Source: Nitrososphaeria archaeon (GTDB lineage Archaea; Thermoproteota; Nitrososphaeria; JACIWG01). Taken from it: a stretch of DNA of 64,000 bases. Below are positions 10,396 through 20,772 of this stretch, piece by piece. Where the stretch lies: positions 192,001-256,000 of the forward strand of contig CAVVXT010000019.1 of NCBI GenBank assembly GCA_963752255.1, read 5' to 3'. How positions within the stretch are numbered: the first letter of the stretch is position 1; every line of letters starts with the position of its first letter. A program made the position numbers and the translations under genes. Under the pieces are notes generated by a model, which worked only from the letters and a program-made list of their open reading frames with translations, made no database searches and had not been told where the DNA came from.

Positions 10396-10932
10396 GTGTT
10401 AATGGCTATATGTTTGAAAGCGCCGATCTGTAATTTTTGTGCGAAAACAGGAGTTTTATGCCCGGAGGACAGTAGGAGGTTAAAGAATGGGCAGATTACT
10501 GAATTAGATGTAGAATCATCGGTTAAACTTACCAAGTTAGTTGAAAAAGATAAGGTTATGGATAAATTGACTTTTGTTAAGGCACTCGAATCCGATGGTG
10601 ATATTATACTTCTATTTGGCAGCGGTAATCTAAAACTGTTAAGGGCAAACCCACAGACTATAAACAACATAAACAAACTTTTTAACAAAAAGGTCTGGCT
10701 TTTTGAAGCGGACGCAACTGACAGGACGCTGATGGAAGAAGCATTTTTTCCTGTCCGCATTCTAACGGTCAATGTTGTTTGGCTACCCGACGGCAGCAAG
10801 CTCACCAAGGTCATAATACCAGAAAGTAGGGGAACAGAAGGGGGAGTCGACGAAAAGGCGATCAAAAGGATATTAAAAACGCTGAAAGGATTGGACGTAA
10901 TGATCGAATATGAGCGCAGATTTCCACAATAG
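10396..10932 (+). CDS. NusA-like KH-domain protein with N-terminal Cys cluster
   Basis: APICNFCAKTGVLCP and PVRILTVNVVWLPDG; family commonly found next to aspS in archaea. Confidence 0.65.
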   Translation: MLMAICLKAPICNFCAKTGVLCPEDSRRLKNGQITELDVESSVKLTKLVEKDKVMDKLTFVKALESDGDIILLFGSGNLKLLRANPQTINNINKLFNKKVWLFEADATDRTLMEEAFFPVRILTVNVVWLPDGSKLTKVIIPESRGTEGGVDEKAIKRILKTLKGLDVMIEYERRFPQ

Positions 10933-12209
10933 GTACTTTGCGAAAGAAATCTTAAGCATGGAGGAGGATAAATCTTGTCTTCTGAGAGGATGGGTAGAGG
11001 ACATACGTCCCCTTGGGAAGATAGCCTTCTTCACTATACGAGACACGACAGGACTCGCTCAGGTCGTGATAAACAAGAATGTTGTAGGGGAGGAAACATT
11101 TAATCTGGCAATGAGTGTAAGTAGGCAGAGTATTATAGAAGTTGATGGCAAAGTAAAAAAGAGTAGGTCAGAAAACATACCGAAGGAAGTCTTAGCTGAG
11201 AAATTCAGAGTCCTTTCTTAGATCAAATCCGCCTTTCCCGATCGACCCAACGGGAAGAGTCTTTTCAAGTTTAGATAAGAGACTTGATGCAAGAGCTTTA
11301 GATCTAAGGAACCCAAGAACCGCGGCGATATTTAAGATAAGAGATACACTTCTAAAATCTATAAGAAAAACATTCGCTGATCTTAAGTTTATTGAGGTCA
11401 ACACTCCGAAGCTTATTGGACAAGCAGCCGAAGGTGGGGCTGACCTTTTCACTTTACCATACTTTGGTAGAAAAGCTTACCTAGCACAAAGTCCTCAACT
11501 GTATAAGGAACAGTTGACCATGTCTCTCGAGAGGGTCTTCGAAATGGGACAATATTTTAGAGCTGAAAAATCCCACACCTTAAGGCATGTCTGCGAATTC
11601 ACGAGCTTAGACATGGAGTCCGCCTACATCGACGAGTTCGATGCTATGTTTATCGCAGAAGAAGTCGTGTGCAACACAATAGAAGATGTACGTAAAGAAG
11701 ATGCTGATAGGCTTAAGATTTTGGGAATAAAGTTACCTGATATCTCTAGACCGTTTAAAAGGCTAACGTATTCAGAGGCAATAGATATGCTTAAGGAGAA
11801 GAGTAGACTAGAATTTGGTGACGATCTTGAAACAAGGGACCTAAGAAAGCTTGGTAGAATCTATAAAGGATTCTATTTCATATATGACTGGCCTGTTTCA
11901 ATAAAGCCTTTCTATATAGAGAAGAGAGATGACAGAATTTCTAAATCATTCGATTTGATGCATGGCTATCTAGAATTAGCGTCAGGAGGAAAGCGGGTCA
12001 GTGATAAAGATGAGCTGCAGAGGAGACTGCAAGAACAGGGGTTAAATCTTAAGGAGTTCGAGTCACATATCAACTCATTTGATTTTGGAATGCCTCCTCA
12101 CTCTGGATGGGGCCTTGGAGTCGATAGACTTCTCATGGTTATTACTGGGCAAAAGAACATCAGAGAAACAATACTCTATCCGCGTGACACTAATAGGCTA
12201 ACACCTTAG
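10910..12209 (+). CDS. aspS: Aspartyl-tRNA synthetase (+1 frameshift near 11219)
   Basis: OB fold (RGWV..IR..GK), EGGADLF, LAQSPQLYKE, FRAE, GMPPHSGWGLGVDRL; TCTTAGA read as TCTAGA restores the frame. Confidence 0.92.
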
Positions 12210-12237
12210 GAAGCTGTTAAGTAAATTAAAGCTCAGT

Positions 12238-13429
12238 TTAAAGGGCTTTAAAGTTCTCGGTCCAAGTAATGTATGCGCGGAGCATATCAGGTGAGACGCT
12301 GGGCCTCCGAAACCTCAGGACTTCCTTGAAATCTATCATCCTGATTTCCCTCGTCTGAGAGCCTTTATCGACAGCTGCCCCCGAATCGAAAAGTTCTGAT
12401 ACAACCCTAAGTTGCACCGACTGGCACATGTCCCTGATATCGCTGCCGGAGTAACCTTCAGTCAGCTTTGCAAGCTGGTTAAGATCGACAGACTGGTCAA
12501 GTTTCAACGGAGCAGTATAAAGTTTGAACATTTCAAGCCTAGCTTTAAGGTCTGGCAGCGGAACGTAGATTCTTTTCTGAAAACGTCTAAGGAAAGGAGA
12601 GTCAAGCGACCAAGGTTTATTTGTCGCCCCTATAACGTAAAGTTGTAAAGATGTACCCTTATCCATGATTCCATCCATTTCCTTAAGGAACTGGTTTCTA
12701 ACTCTTATTTCACCGCCCACCTCTTGGCTCCTTGCACCGAGAAGAGAATCAAGCTCGTCTATAAATATCATTACTGGACCGTTGTCTTCAAGAAGTTTCC
12801 TAGAGTAGTTAAAGAGCTTTGAGACATTCTTTTCCGCTTCACCGAGCCATTTTGACATTATCGATGCGGCATCGACTGTAATGAAGTATCCATCTATCTC
12901 ACTTGCTGCAGCTGCAGCGAGCATTGTCTTACCGCAGCCTGGAGGCCCGTAAAAGAGCATGCCACGAGGCCACCCAAGAGGAAACAGGTCGGGTCTCTTT
13001 ACCGGGAAGATTATCGACTCCCTTATAGCCCTCTTAGCATCCTCTAACCCTATCACTTCTTCCCATTTTACGTCCGGTTTCTCCTTCATTACAAGCTCGT
13101 CAAAGGTCGCCTTCAGGGTCTCAACAGATCTTGTAGACCGAACGGGTGAACCTACAGACGCTTCTCCGGTCGCGGATTCTTCGGCTGGAGTAACACCCCT
13201 CGTAGTCTGCAAAGCCTTTACACGCTCCTGATACGCCGCAGCACGTTCAAGGTACATTCTATTCAACTTATAGTCGGGATACAGCTGCGCAGAGTTTAAT
13301 CAGAGTAGCGATAGCCTTTTGATAATAGCTTATGGCAGCACCATACGAGCCCTGAGAATCCATTCTTATGGCTTGAGATGCATAATTATATGCAGAAGAC
13401 TCCAGCTCCTTTGCTGCTACGTTGCTCAA
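12238..13429 (-). CDS. cdvC: CdvC/Vps4 AAA+ ATPase with N-terminal MIT domain (+1 frameshift near 13291)
   Basis: MSNVAAKELESSAYNYASQAIRMD..AISYYQKAI (MIT), GPPGCGKT, IFIDELD, FLRRFQKRI. Confidence 0.9.
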
Positions 13430-13431
13430 AA

Positions 13432-14277
13432 CTATTCGACCACCTCAGCATGAATCTTTCCATACGACGCAAGGCGGAATATGGACTGCTCTATCTTATC
13501 CACTGGAACACCTAGACTTGTAGCAATCTCTATAACATTATAAGTGTTTTTCACGTTGATGTAGTCAAGAACCTTGTCATCAAGGTTAGCCTGCTCCAGT
13601 GTCGGCCTTGGGGCCTTTAAAAGAGTAGCCTTAAAAGGCTCTTCTTCATCCTCTCCAGACGCTAACAGGGCTATATTCTGGATTTTGTCCAGAGAATACT
13701 CGCCTGCGCTTGCCTGTATCGTCTCAGGAGCAGGTTCATCGAGTGCGCTTATCTTTTCTTCCACATACTTCTTAGCGGATTCTAATATCTCCTCCCCTTG
13801 ACTCACATCCAAGACAATAGAGCTTTCAGGACTCAGTTGACCAAGGCTCGACAGGGTGTCAGTAAGTACGTTGTTAACATCCTGCATAGTGTTTTCGAGC
13901 TGCGGCATAATTGTCTTTATTTCCTCTCCAATCTTCTTCACAACATCGAACGCAGATGAGACCTGAGCCACGACATCTCCTGTATCACAGATGCTTTCCA
14001 ACCTGATTACGATCTGGGTGAGAGCGAGTTCGCTCATTGTAACCACCTTTATAACGCGCTTCAGTTCGTTGTGTTCTGTAGCATAAACTTTAGCACGGAG
14101 CTTATCCTTTGCTTCCAGCGCATTAACCGTTAAGCCAAAAAGCTTTTCACGTCTGATTTCAAGACGCCTTTTTATCCCTTCAAGATCTTTGCGATAAATT
14201 TCAATAGACCTCATAGATTCTATAATACGTCCACGAACGGACTTATCCTCTTTTGTCCTCCAAATTCTCCAGTTCAA
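13432..14277 (-). CDS. cdvB: CdvB/ESCRT-III (Snf7) with C-terminal winged-helix
   Basis: AKVYATEHNELKRV..ELALTQIVIRLESI..GD; C-terminal wH (IATSLGVPVDKIEQSIFRL). Confidence 0.8.
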   Translation of the reverse strand: MNWRIWRTKEDKSVRGRIIESMRSIEIYRKDLEGIKRRLEIRREKLFGLTVNALEAKDKLRAKVYATEHNELKRVIKVVTMSELALTQIVIRLESICDTGDVVAQVSSAFDVVKKIGEEIKTIMPQLENTMQDVNNVLTDTLSSLGQLSPESSIVLDVSQGEEILESAKKYVEEKISALDEPAPETIQASAGEYSLDKIQNIALLASGEDEEEPFKATLLKAPRPTLEQANLDDKVLDYINVKNTYNVIEIATSLGVPVDKIEQSIFRLASYGKIHAEVVE

Positions 14278-14289
14278 CTTCTTTTCACC

Positions 14290-14355
14290 AAAAAAATAAG
14301 ACGGGGGGGAAGACGGCTGCCCAAACCCTGTGATCGGGCTTAAGCAACTGTCTTC
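14290..14355 (-). terminator. 20-bp mRNA hairpin plus U-tract between two cdvB paralogs
   Basis: GAAGACAGUUGCUUAAGCCC-GAUCACA-GGGUUUGGGCAGCCGUCUUC followed by a C-run and UUAUUUUUUU. Confidence 0.65.
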
Positions 14356-14367
14356 GACCTAAGGAAT

Positions 14368-15006
14368 CTAGGTGAAGGCTGACTCTGCTGTTGGAACACC
14401 AGTCGGTAGCTCTGGGAACCTTTCTTTCATTCTCTGTTCCGCTACAGCTGATGCTTCTGCAAGTATCTTCTCTGCGTCTTCGTTAGCTGCCTCAAAGTTC
14501 AATGATGCTCCACTTGTCTGACCTGCGTCAACCAGGATGCTGCTCAGTAAGCCACTGATTTCGTTGATTTCTCTTTCTGCTTCAGGTAGAACACTTATTA
14601 TTCCTGATTTGACGCTTCTAATCACCGACATAGCAGGAGCCAACGTCACTACAATGTCTCCGAGTTCCGTTACAGTGTTCAACCTTAGCACTATCTGCTC
14701 TAATGCAAGCCTTGAGGATGTGACCATCTTGTTCATTTTGCGAACTTCCGCAAGCTCGTTAGCGTATACGCTAGCATGCTGAGTGTCATGCTTCTGAATT
14801 GCCGTCACGACCTTGTTAAAAATAGCAGCGTCCCTTTCTTTTAGTTTAGTACAAGTAGCATCAAGCCTCGCAACCTGAGTCTGTATCGCACGAACCGCAT
14901 CTTCCAGCCTTGGCTTAAGAGGGCCAGAAGGCCTTATAGCTTCCTTTACCTTGTCCCCCATACCGGGTTTTTGTTCTCTTACCCATTTTTCTCCAAAGTT
15001 AGACAT
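14368..15006 (-). CDS. CdvB1/B2-like ESCRT-III paralog
   Basis: PLKPRL, YANELAEVRK, ALEQIVLRLNTV..GD, EKILAEASAVAEQ..FP: thaumarchaeal Snf7 pattern. Confidence 0.88.
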   Translation of the reverse strand: MSNFGEKWVREQKPGMGDKVKEAIRPSGPLKPRLEDAVRAIQTQVARLDATCTKLKERDAAIFNKVVTAIQKHDTQHASVYANELAEVRKMNKMVTSSRLALEQIVLRLNTVTELGDIVVTLAPAMSVIRSVKSGIISVLPEAEREINEISGLLSSILVDAGQTSGASLNFEAANEDAEKILAEASAVAEQRMKERFPELPTGVPTAESAFT

Positions 15007-15100
15007 TTTTTACCACTGAGTCTTAAATCCATAACATTCCTCTATTATTCTATATGTTACCGAAGTAGCTGTAACAAAGGTGACAGCTGTGGCGGTGACA

Positions 15101-16306
15101 ATGATCGGAATAGGCGACGAAAACATATCCTTAGAGGAGTATGGGCTTAGTGAATACGAATCAAGGGTGTACGTTGCCCTGTTGAAAGTTGGACGAATGA
15201 AAATCAAAGACATCGCCATGAATTCTGGTGTGCCGAGGACAAAGGTCTACGGCGTCGCCAAAGCATTAGCGGGAAAAGGTGCCGTAGAGCTGGTAGGCAA
15301 AGATCCGGTGTACTGTGTGCCGGTAACTCCGGAAGAGGTCTTCATAAAAAGTTTGAATCATGAGAAGAGAAGGTTCAAGAAGATGGTTTTGACGTTCAAA
15401 AAGATACAGGAACTTCATAGGGAAACCCCACTCTTTGCTGACTTCGAAGAGAGAAAGTTCAAGGTCTATAACAGCCAAGCGTTTGAGAAAAGACTTAACG
15501 AAATCTTCCTAGACACTTCCAAAAGCATTTTCGCGTGCTTAAACTGGTGGGGCTTCAACATCATAGCGGCAAATGCTGAGGCGCTAAACAGCCTTTCTAA
15601 GGAAGTAGACATCAAGATAGTTATAGGGACATATAATGACGAGAAGACCCTGGAGAAATTTGATTCAAAAGTTGATATTAGGGTGACAGGAAAGAACATC
15701 GGCGTCAACGTCATCGTCTTCGATGACAAAACAACGGTTCTCCTTGACGAATCAGGTAAGATAACGGAGATAGAAGACAGGGAAGTGTGTAAACTCACAA
15801 AGGAGGTCGTTATCGATAGGTTCTTCAAGAGGTCCCTTGACTGGAAGAAGGCGTTCCAAATAACTCAGCTTGGTGGAGAGGACCTAATCAGCCTCTATTC
15901 AGGAGAAGAAAAGGTATACGACGCTTTCACCCAGGCCGTTGCGGAAACTGTCCTAGATGAGGAGAAACTCTACCAGATCGGCGAAAGATTTGTTGACAAC
16001 CTGACCACGATGCTACAGGTTGACCTGTTCGGTAAAGGCTTTGAAGTGCAACAGCCCATTCTATCGGCGCTCATGTCAGAGAACCTCGGACGAGACTCCA
16101 GTACAAGATATGATCCTCTCACAAGACTATATACTTTAGAAGCTCCGATGACTTCGAAGGGGCTACCTGCAACAATATGGCTCTTTGCTTTGGCAGGTGC
16201 GGCGAAGAGGAATGAGCTGACCTTCAAGATACTTCAGAGCACGAGCATTTCGGCTGAAGGAAAACATATTATTCAGGCGAAAATAGAAAAGAAACCCTTG
16301 TCGTAG
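15101..16306 (+). CDS. TrmB-family transcription regulator with extended C-terminal domains
   Basis: LEEYGLSEYESRVYVALL..SGVPRTKVYGV..L..KG. Confidence 0.8.
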   Translation: MIGIGDENISLEEYGLSEYESRVYVALLKVGRMKIKDIAMNSGVPRTKVYGVAKALAGKGAVELVGKDPVYCVPVTPEEVFIKSLNHEKRRFKKMVLTFKKIQELHRETPLFADFEERKFKVYNSQAFEKRLNEIFLDTSKSIFACLNWWGFNIIAANAEALNSLSKEVDIKIVIGTYNDEKTLEKFDSKVDIRVTGKNIGVNVIVFDDKTTVLLDESGKITEIEDREVCKLTKEVVIDRFFKRSLDWKKAFQITQLGGEDLISLYSGEEKVYDAFTQAVAETVLDEEKLYQIGERFVDNLTTMLQVDLFGKGFEVQQPILSALMSENLGRDSSTRYDPLTRLYTLEAPMTSKGLPATIWLFALAGAAKRNELTFKILQSTSISAEGKHIIQAKIEKKPLS

Positions 16307-16311
16307 TATGC

Positions 16312-16527
16312 CTACTTAGATAGATAGGACCACAGAACTATTGTAATATCCATTATTATCGCCCCTGCAAGGCCTGCTAGAAAGGCACCGGCCACCTCCT
16401 GCGAGACGAAGATCGAAGGTAAAATAGACATCAAAAATGAAACAATACTGGGGGCCACAAGGAAGGCGATAAATCCTACCGCGAACCCTAGAAGAGAGAA
16501 TCCGGTTATTATTGTAATTCTTCCCAT
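16312..16527 (-). CDS. Small two-TM membrane protein
   Basis: 71 aa with two hydrophobic helices; RBS-like AGGTG and a TTTATATA box upstream. Confidence 0.65.
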   Translation of the reverse strand: MGRITIITGFSLLGFAVGFIAFLVAPSIVSFLMSILPSIFVSQEVAGAFLAGLAGAIIMDITIVLWSYLSK

Positions 16528-16604
16528 TCATTACACCTGAGAGTGTAGCACAAAGTCCCGTATATAAAAGTTTATTAAAAAAAGAGAATGTGAAGGCTCC
16601 TATT

Positions 16605-18781
16605 TTAGGATAACCTTCTTATCAGTATAGCTATTTCGATTACTAATACTATTGCTGCGAGTATGCCGATTATGATCAAGTATGTCGATAGGCTGTCCAC
16701 TTCTGTTTTAATGCTGCTAGTTGTCGACGCTGGCTCGATATTGCAGATGTAATGCTGTTCGCGCTGCTTGTCACCTGCGTGCTCAAACTGTCTATCTTGC
16801 TTCCTATGCCTGTTATCTGAGTACCAAGCGTTGATCCCAAGCTGTCTATCTTGGATGAAATACCTGAAAGGCCTGAAACACCTGAATTAAGTGTTCCAAT
16901 GGCGTTGTTTACGCTGCTGAACCCGCTTGTTGTAGTGCTAGAAAGTGATGAGACACTACTCGATACGCCTGCGATATCAGATCTGATGTTGGACACACCA
17001 GTTGTCAGAGCAGTGTTAAGGCTAGTTATTGAAGTGGTTATAGAAGACATAGAGGTCTGAAGTTGATTAAGTGAAGTGGTTATTGCATTGTTGTTAGTAG
17101 TCATTTGGTTTAGAATCGCCTGAGTGTCGGCTGAATTACCTGTGACAGTGAAGAGGAGATAGGTAGGAGTTAAGCTACCGCCCGCGTACATCGAGAAGAC
17201 ATGTAGGCCAGAGGTGAATCCTGCGGCTACAAACTGAAGCTTACCATCACCTGTGCCATTTCCTATGACGCCGGATGGTACGTTAGTAGTAATGTTCATA
17301 CCGTTTTGACCGAGGTATTGGTTGTCTATGTCGGGTATGTAGCCTACAACTGGGTTGAAACCAGTACCGGTTACCGTCACCAGAGAGCCGTCATTTGAGA
17401 ACGAAGACGAGGAAATCGCTATTTTCGGCGTCACCGTGAATACAGCATTCGTAATATTGTATCCATTCACACTGGAATTTGTAGTCCCCAAGTAGTTAGT
17501 AAGGGCTTCTACGGCATGTCCACCGCCGTACGTGTGTGGAACCGTGAACTTGACGCTTACGTTAAATTGGCCGTCTGATCCCGTAGTCGCGTTGTTCGTC
17601 CAATAGTATGTGTCGTCGCCATACGTCTTTTCGAACCAGTATAGGTATACATGTATCTTTGTTGGGAAACCGTAAGCTTGCGCGCTCACTTGGGTGCCGA
17701 TGGGTCCGCTGCTTGGAGTCAGTACCAGTGTAGGCAGCACTGTAATGTTGAACTGTAAGTTTACATTCTTATCCTTGATTATGACGTAGTGATTGCCGAC
17801 TGATGTGATCGGAATTGTTACGCTCGTATTGTAGAATCCTGATGAATTTGTATTAACTGTCCCGATGTTTTTTGAGCCATCCCACCAGAAGGTTAATCCT
17901 CCTACGTAGAAGTAGTTACCCGAAACTATCATGGAGTCGAAGACGTGGGCGTTTACCACATTGATGAAGCTTGTCATGTTACCATACATGTCACCTGAGA
18001 CTGGGTACTTGCTATCGACTTGGAGAAGACCTCTAACGCCTTCTGTATAGTTGGCATTAGCTATATAACCTGTTTTGTTGTCTATGCCGTAAAAGTGTAT
18101 TGTATTGAACGTTATCAGATGTTGTCCAGAGGATAGTGCTTGCTTCAAATCAGGAGCTTTCATTATGTACGAGAATTGCCCTATACTACCTGTTGATATG
18201 AGGTTTGCGATGGTAGTGCTCGTAAGGTTGACTGTGCTAGTGTAGGTTAGATTCGCTTTTGCGCTTGGACTAAAGGCATGGCCTTTTAGCGTAATTGAAG
18301 TGCCGGGACCTCCAGTGCTTGGAACGACTTCTAAGCTTGGAAGTACTTGGATATAGTTGTTTGTAACTGCAACAGAGGTTGCGCTACCGTCATAACATTT
18401 GATATAGTAGTGTCCTCCACCTATGTCCTTTGGTATTGGACCGAAGATCTTGTCGTTACCTACTGTATAATTGCCTAACGTCGATGTATAAATCGTTGGC
18501 GTAGTTGAAACCAAGTCCGCAATGGCGAAGGTTGGAGAGTATTTGAAGTCACCTGCAGATATCTGTGAAAAGCCGTCCGCGCTCCATACAAGGTAGAATT
18601 GGCCACCGGAGAAACCTACTCCGGTAAAGCTAAGTGAAACATTGCCTCCTGCTGGAATATATTGTGAGGGCCCGAAGATTATAAATCCCGTCGATGCCCT
18701 TGCTGCTAAGAATGGTAAGGATGGTGTTAGTGCCGTAGCGAGTAATAGTGCTAGTACTATAGTTGACTTTATTTTATTCAT
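16605..18781 (-). CDS. SlaB-like S-layer stalk/surface glycoprotein (frameshift near 16730)
   Basis: Signal peptide, Ig-like repeats (PS.GP.GT), N-x-S/T sites, S/T-rich coiled coil; shifted frame gives a TM anchor ..TYLIIIGILAAIVLVIEIAILIRRLS*. Confidence 0.75.
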
Positions 18782-19054
18782 TTATTTCTTACACCTTATT
18801 CGTGATGTTTGAGGCTAATTTAGCCTTATTAAAGGATTACGGATGATTCGTCTACTTGACAACTAAGCTTCAAAGTCGCGAGTTAAAACCTCTATATACC
18901 GCAGACAAACCTTTTGGACCCTTTACAAGCCAAAGCGCTAACAGAAAGCGTGCTCTTAGAAAACTGAGCGTAGCGCCAAAGAATTTTATCGCATGGAAAT
19001 ATTGTTTTGGATTCTTGGGTGCTAGGATCCATGAACTTTAATTCTTTCAACAAT

Positions 19055-19229
19055 GCTAATCCAGACGGAGCCGGAGCTTCAGCAAAGAGTTTGTCCTATT
19101 TCAAGTGTAGAACATCATCTTAGATGGTACGGAGTTAATTCTATAGGGCATCAGAATCTGGAACCTGATGCCACCTGGCTTCTTTATACATTATTGGTGG
19201 AGATTAGCGGGTAACCCCAACCTTTTTTT
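19055..19229 (+). ncRNA. Candidate structured non-coding RNA, family unknown
   Basis: Nested helices found by eye, with G-U pairs favouring the + strand; T7 tract at 19223; no ORF. Confidence 0.35.
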
Positions 19230-19517
19230 ATTATATTGTATTATATTTCTCATACGGTTTATATTATATTGCTGAGAGCCATCCCCTATTCCGACAAGAG
19301 TCCTTTCAGAATTTCTTACCACCCAAGATTATACTTGTGAGGCACGATATCTAACGAATAGGCTTACATGGACTTAGTCTTCAAGTTGAGCTGAGCACAA
19401 TGAGATATATTTCAAACGAATTCGACGGCAGCATGGAAGAGCTGGTTAGATTTCTTTTTTGGTTTTTTTAAACCGTTTTGTTTATATTTTACCCTTTATT
19501 ATAGTAAAGCGGTTAAT

Positions 19518-19976
19518 ATGAAAAGGTTAGATGAGCTTGATTTAAAAATTTTAGATGAACTTAATGAAAATGCCGGATCCTCTATCCCCAAGCTTTCCAA
19601 GAAACTTGGAGTAAAGCAGTCTAAGGTGTACAGCAGGGTGAAGAGGCTTATGAGGAAAGGTGTCATACAGCGGATGACGATAGAAGTGAACGATGAGAGC
19701 CTAGGTTTCAACGTAAAAGCCTTTGTCGGAATTAACGTCGAGTCGTTGGAAAGAGATAAGGCCGCTGAGGAAATCGCAAAGATATCAGAGGTCATTCTCG
19801 TCTCGGAGGTGACAGGTAGGTTTGATATGCTAATAGAGGTGCACGTTAGGAGCCTAGAAGACCTGTACAGCGTTGTGTCAAAGAAGATAGCCATTTTGCC
19901 AGGTGTCAGTCACACCGAGACCTTTATCCAGCTTAAAAAAAGGAGCACTCTAAGGAAATTCACCATGATCAAATAG
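19518..19976 (+). CDS. Lrp/AsnC transcription regulator
   Basis: LDELDLKIL..L..NA, HTH, VTGRFD, GV..TET. Confidence 0.92.
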   Translation: MKRLDELDLKILDELNENAGSSIPKLSKKLGVKQSKVYSRVKRLMRKGVIQRMTIEVNDESLGFNVKAFVGINVESLERDKAAEEIAKISEVILVSEVTGRFDMLIEVHVRSLEDLYSVVSKKIAILPGVSHTETFIQLKKRSTLRKFTMIK

Positions 19977-20088
19977 TAAGATTAAAGATCATTGAGGGTT
20001 CGATGAGATAGTAAAGGAGATTAGGAACTCACGACACCTTTTATATAATTTTATAGACGTGTCCCCTTATAGTGCTTGATGGAAGCAG

Positions 20089-20772
20089 ATGAATAGGCTG
20101 TTCAGGTTCGAGGACCCTAAGATAAGGGAATTGTTTGACGGCAGATTTCTTAAATCCATTTACAAAAGGGTTGAGGTCCTTGACTCCTGCGTCAAAGAAG
20201 TCGAAGCAAGTGCCAACCTGAAGTATCCAGATTACTATGTCGAGCCTATTCTTCCAATATATACGGGAAGCTCTAACGGAATAGCTGTTTACTATGCTAG
20301 AACCCTTCCCTATTCGACCCCTTCAGGCTTAGATATTGTCATCCAGTTGACCGCAGCGTTAATAAGCTATGGCTCAAAGAGTTCTCTTAAAACGGTTCTA
20401 GCCCACGAATTCCTCCATTACCTCGACTTGGTCAGAAGAATGTCGAAATTCGAAATCTTATCAGATGAAATCAGGACTAGCACATTCGAAGCGATGTATT
20501 CTGACCTCGAGAGAACTATTAAACCAGAGTACGTTTACTCTGATAAAAATCTTATTAGAAGTATTAAGAAAAAATTTGTCGAAGGTTTCGAAGACAAAAG
20601 TTTGAAGGAGAAGACCTTAGACCGCTGGATAAATAAACGAAAACCGGTTGTAGAACTTCCTCCAGAGGAGAACATAGTTAGAATACCGGTTAATATGGTA
20701 CTAACCATCAAGTTTGATCCGATACTACTTTTAAGAATCCGTGATTTAGAGAAGAAATCCGGTTTAGTGTGA
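20089..20772 (+). CDS. Hypothetical protein with HEXXH (zincin-like) motif
   Basis: VLAHEFLHY; no signal peptide. Confidence 0.6.
   Translation: MNRLFRFEDPKIRELFDGRFLKSIYKRVEVLDSCVKEVEASANLKYPDYYVEPILPIYTGSSNGIAVYYARTLPYSTPSGLDIVIQLTAALISYGSKSSLKTVLAHEFLHYLDLVRRMSKFEILSDEIRTSTFEAMYSDLERTIKPEYVYSDKNLIRSIKKKFVEGFEDKSLKEKTLDRWINKRKPVVELPPEENIVRIPVNMVLTIKFDPILLLRIRDLEKKSGLV

Noticed and set aside
19161-19290. TPP riboswitch-like words GAACCTGAT and GCTGAGA
   Set aside because: They occur in the wrong order and spacing, and no thiamine gene lies downstream.
18782-19517. Replication origin, RNase P RNA or SRP RNA
   Set aside because: No ORB repeats or cdc6 nearby; conserved P4 and helix-8 signatures not seen.
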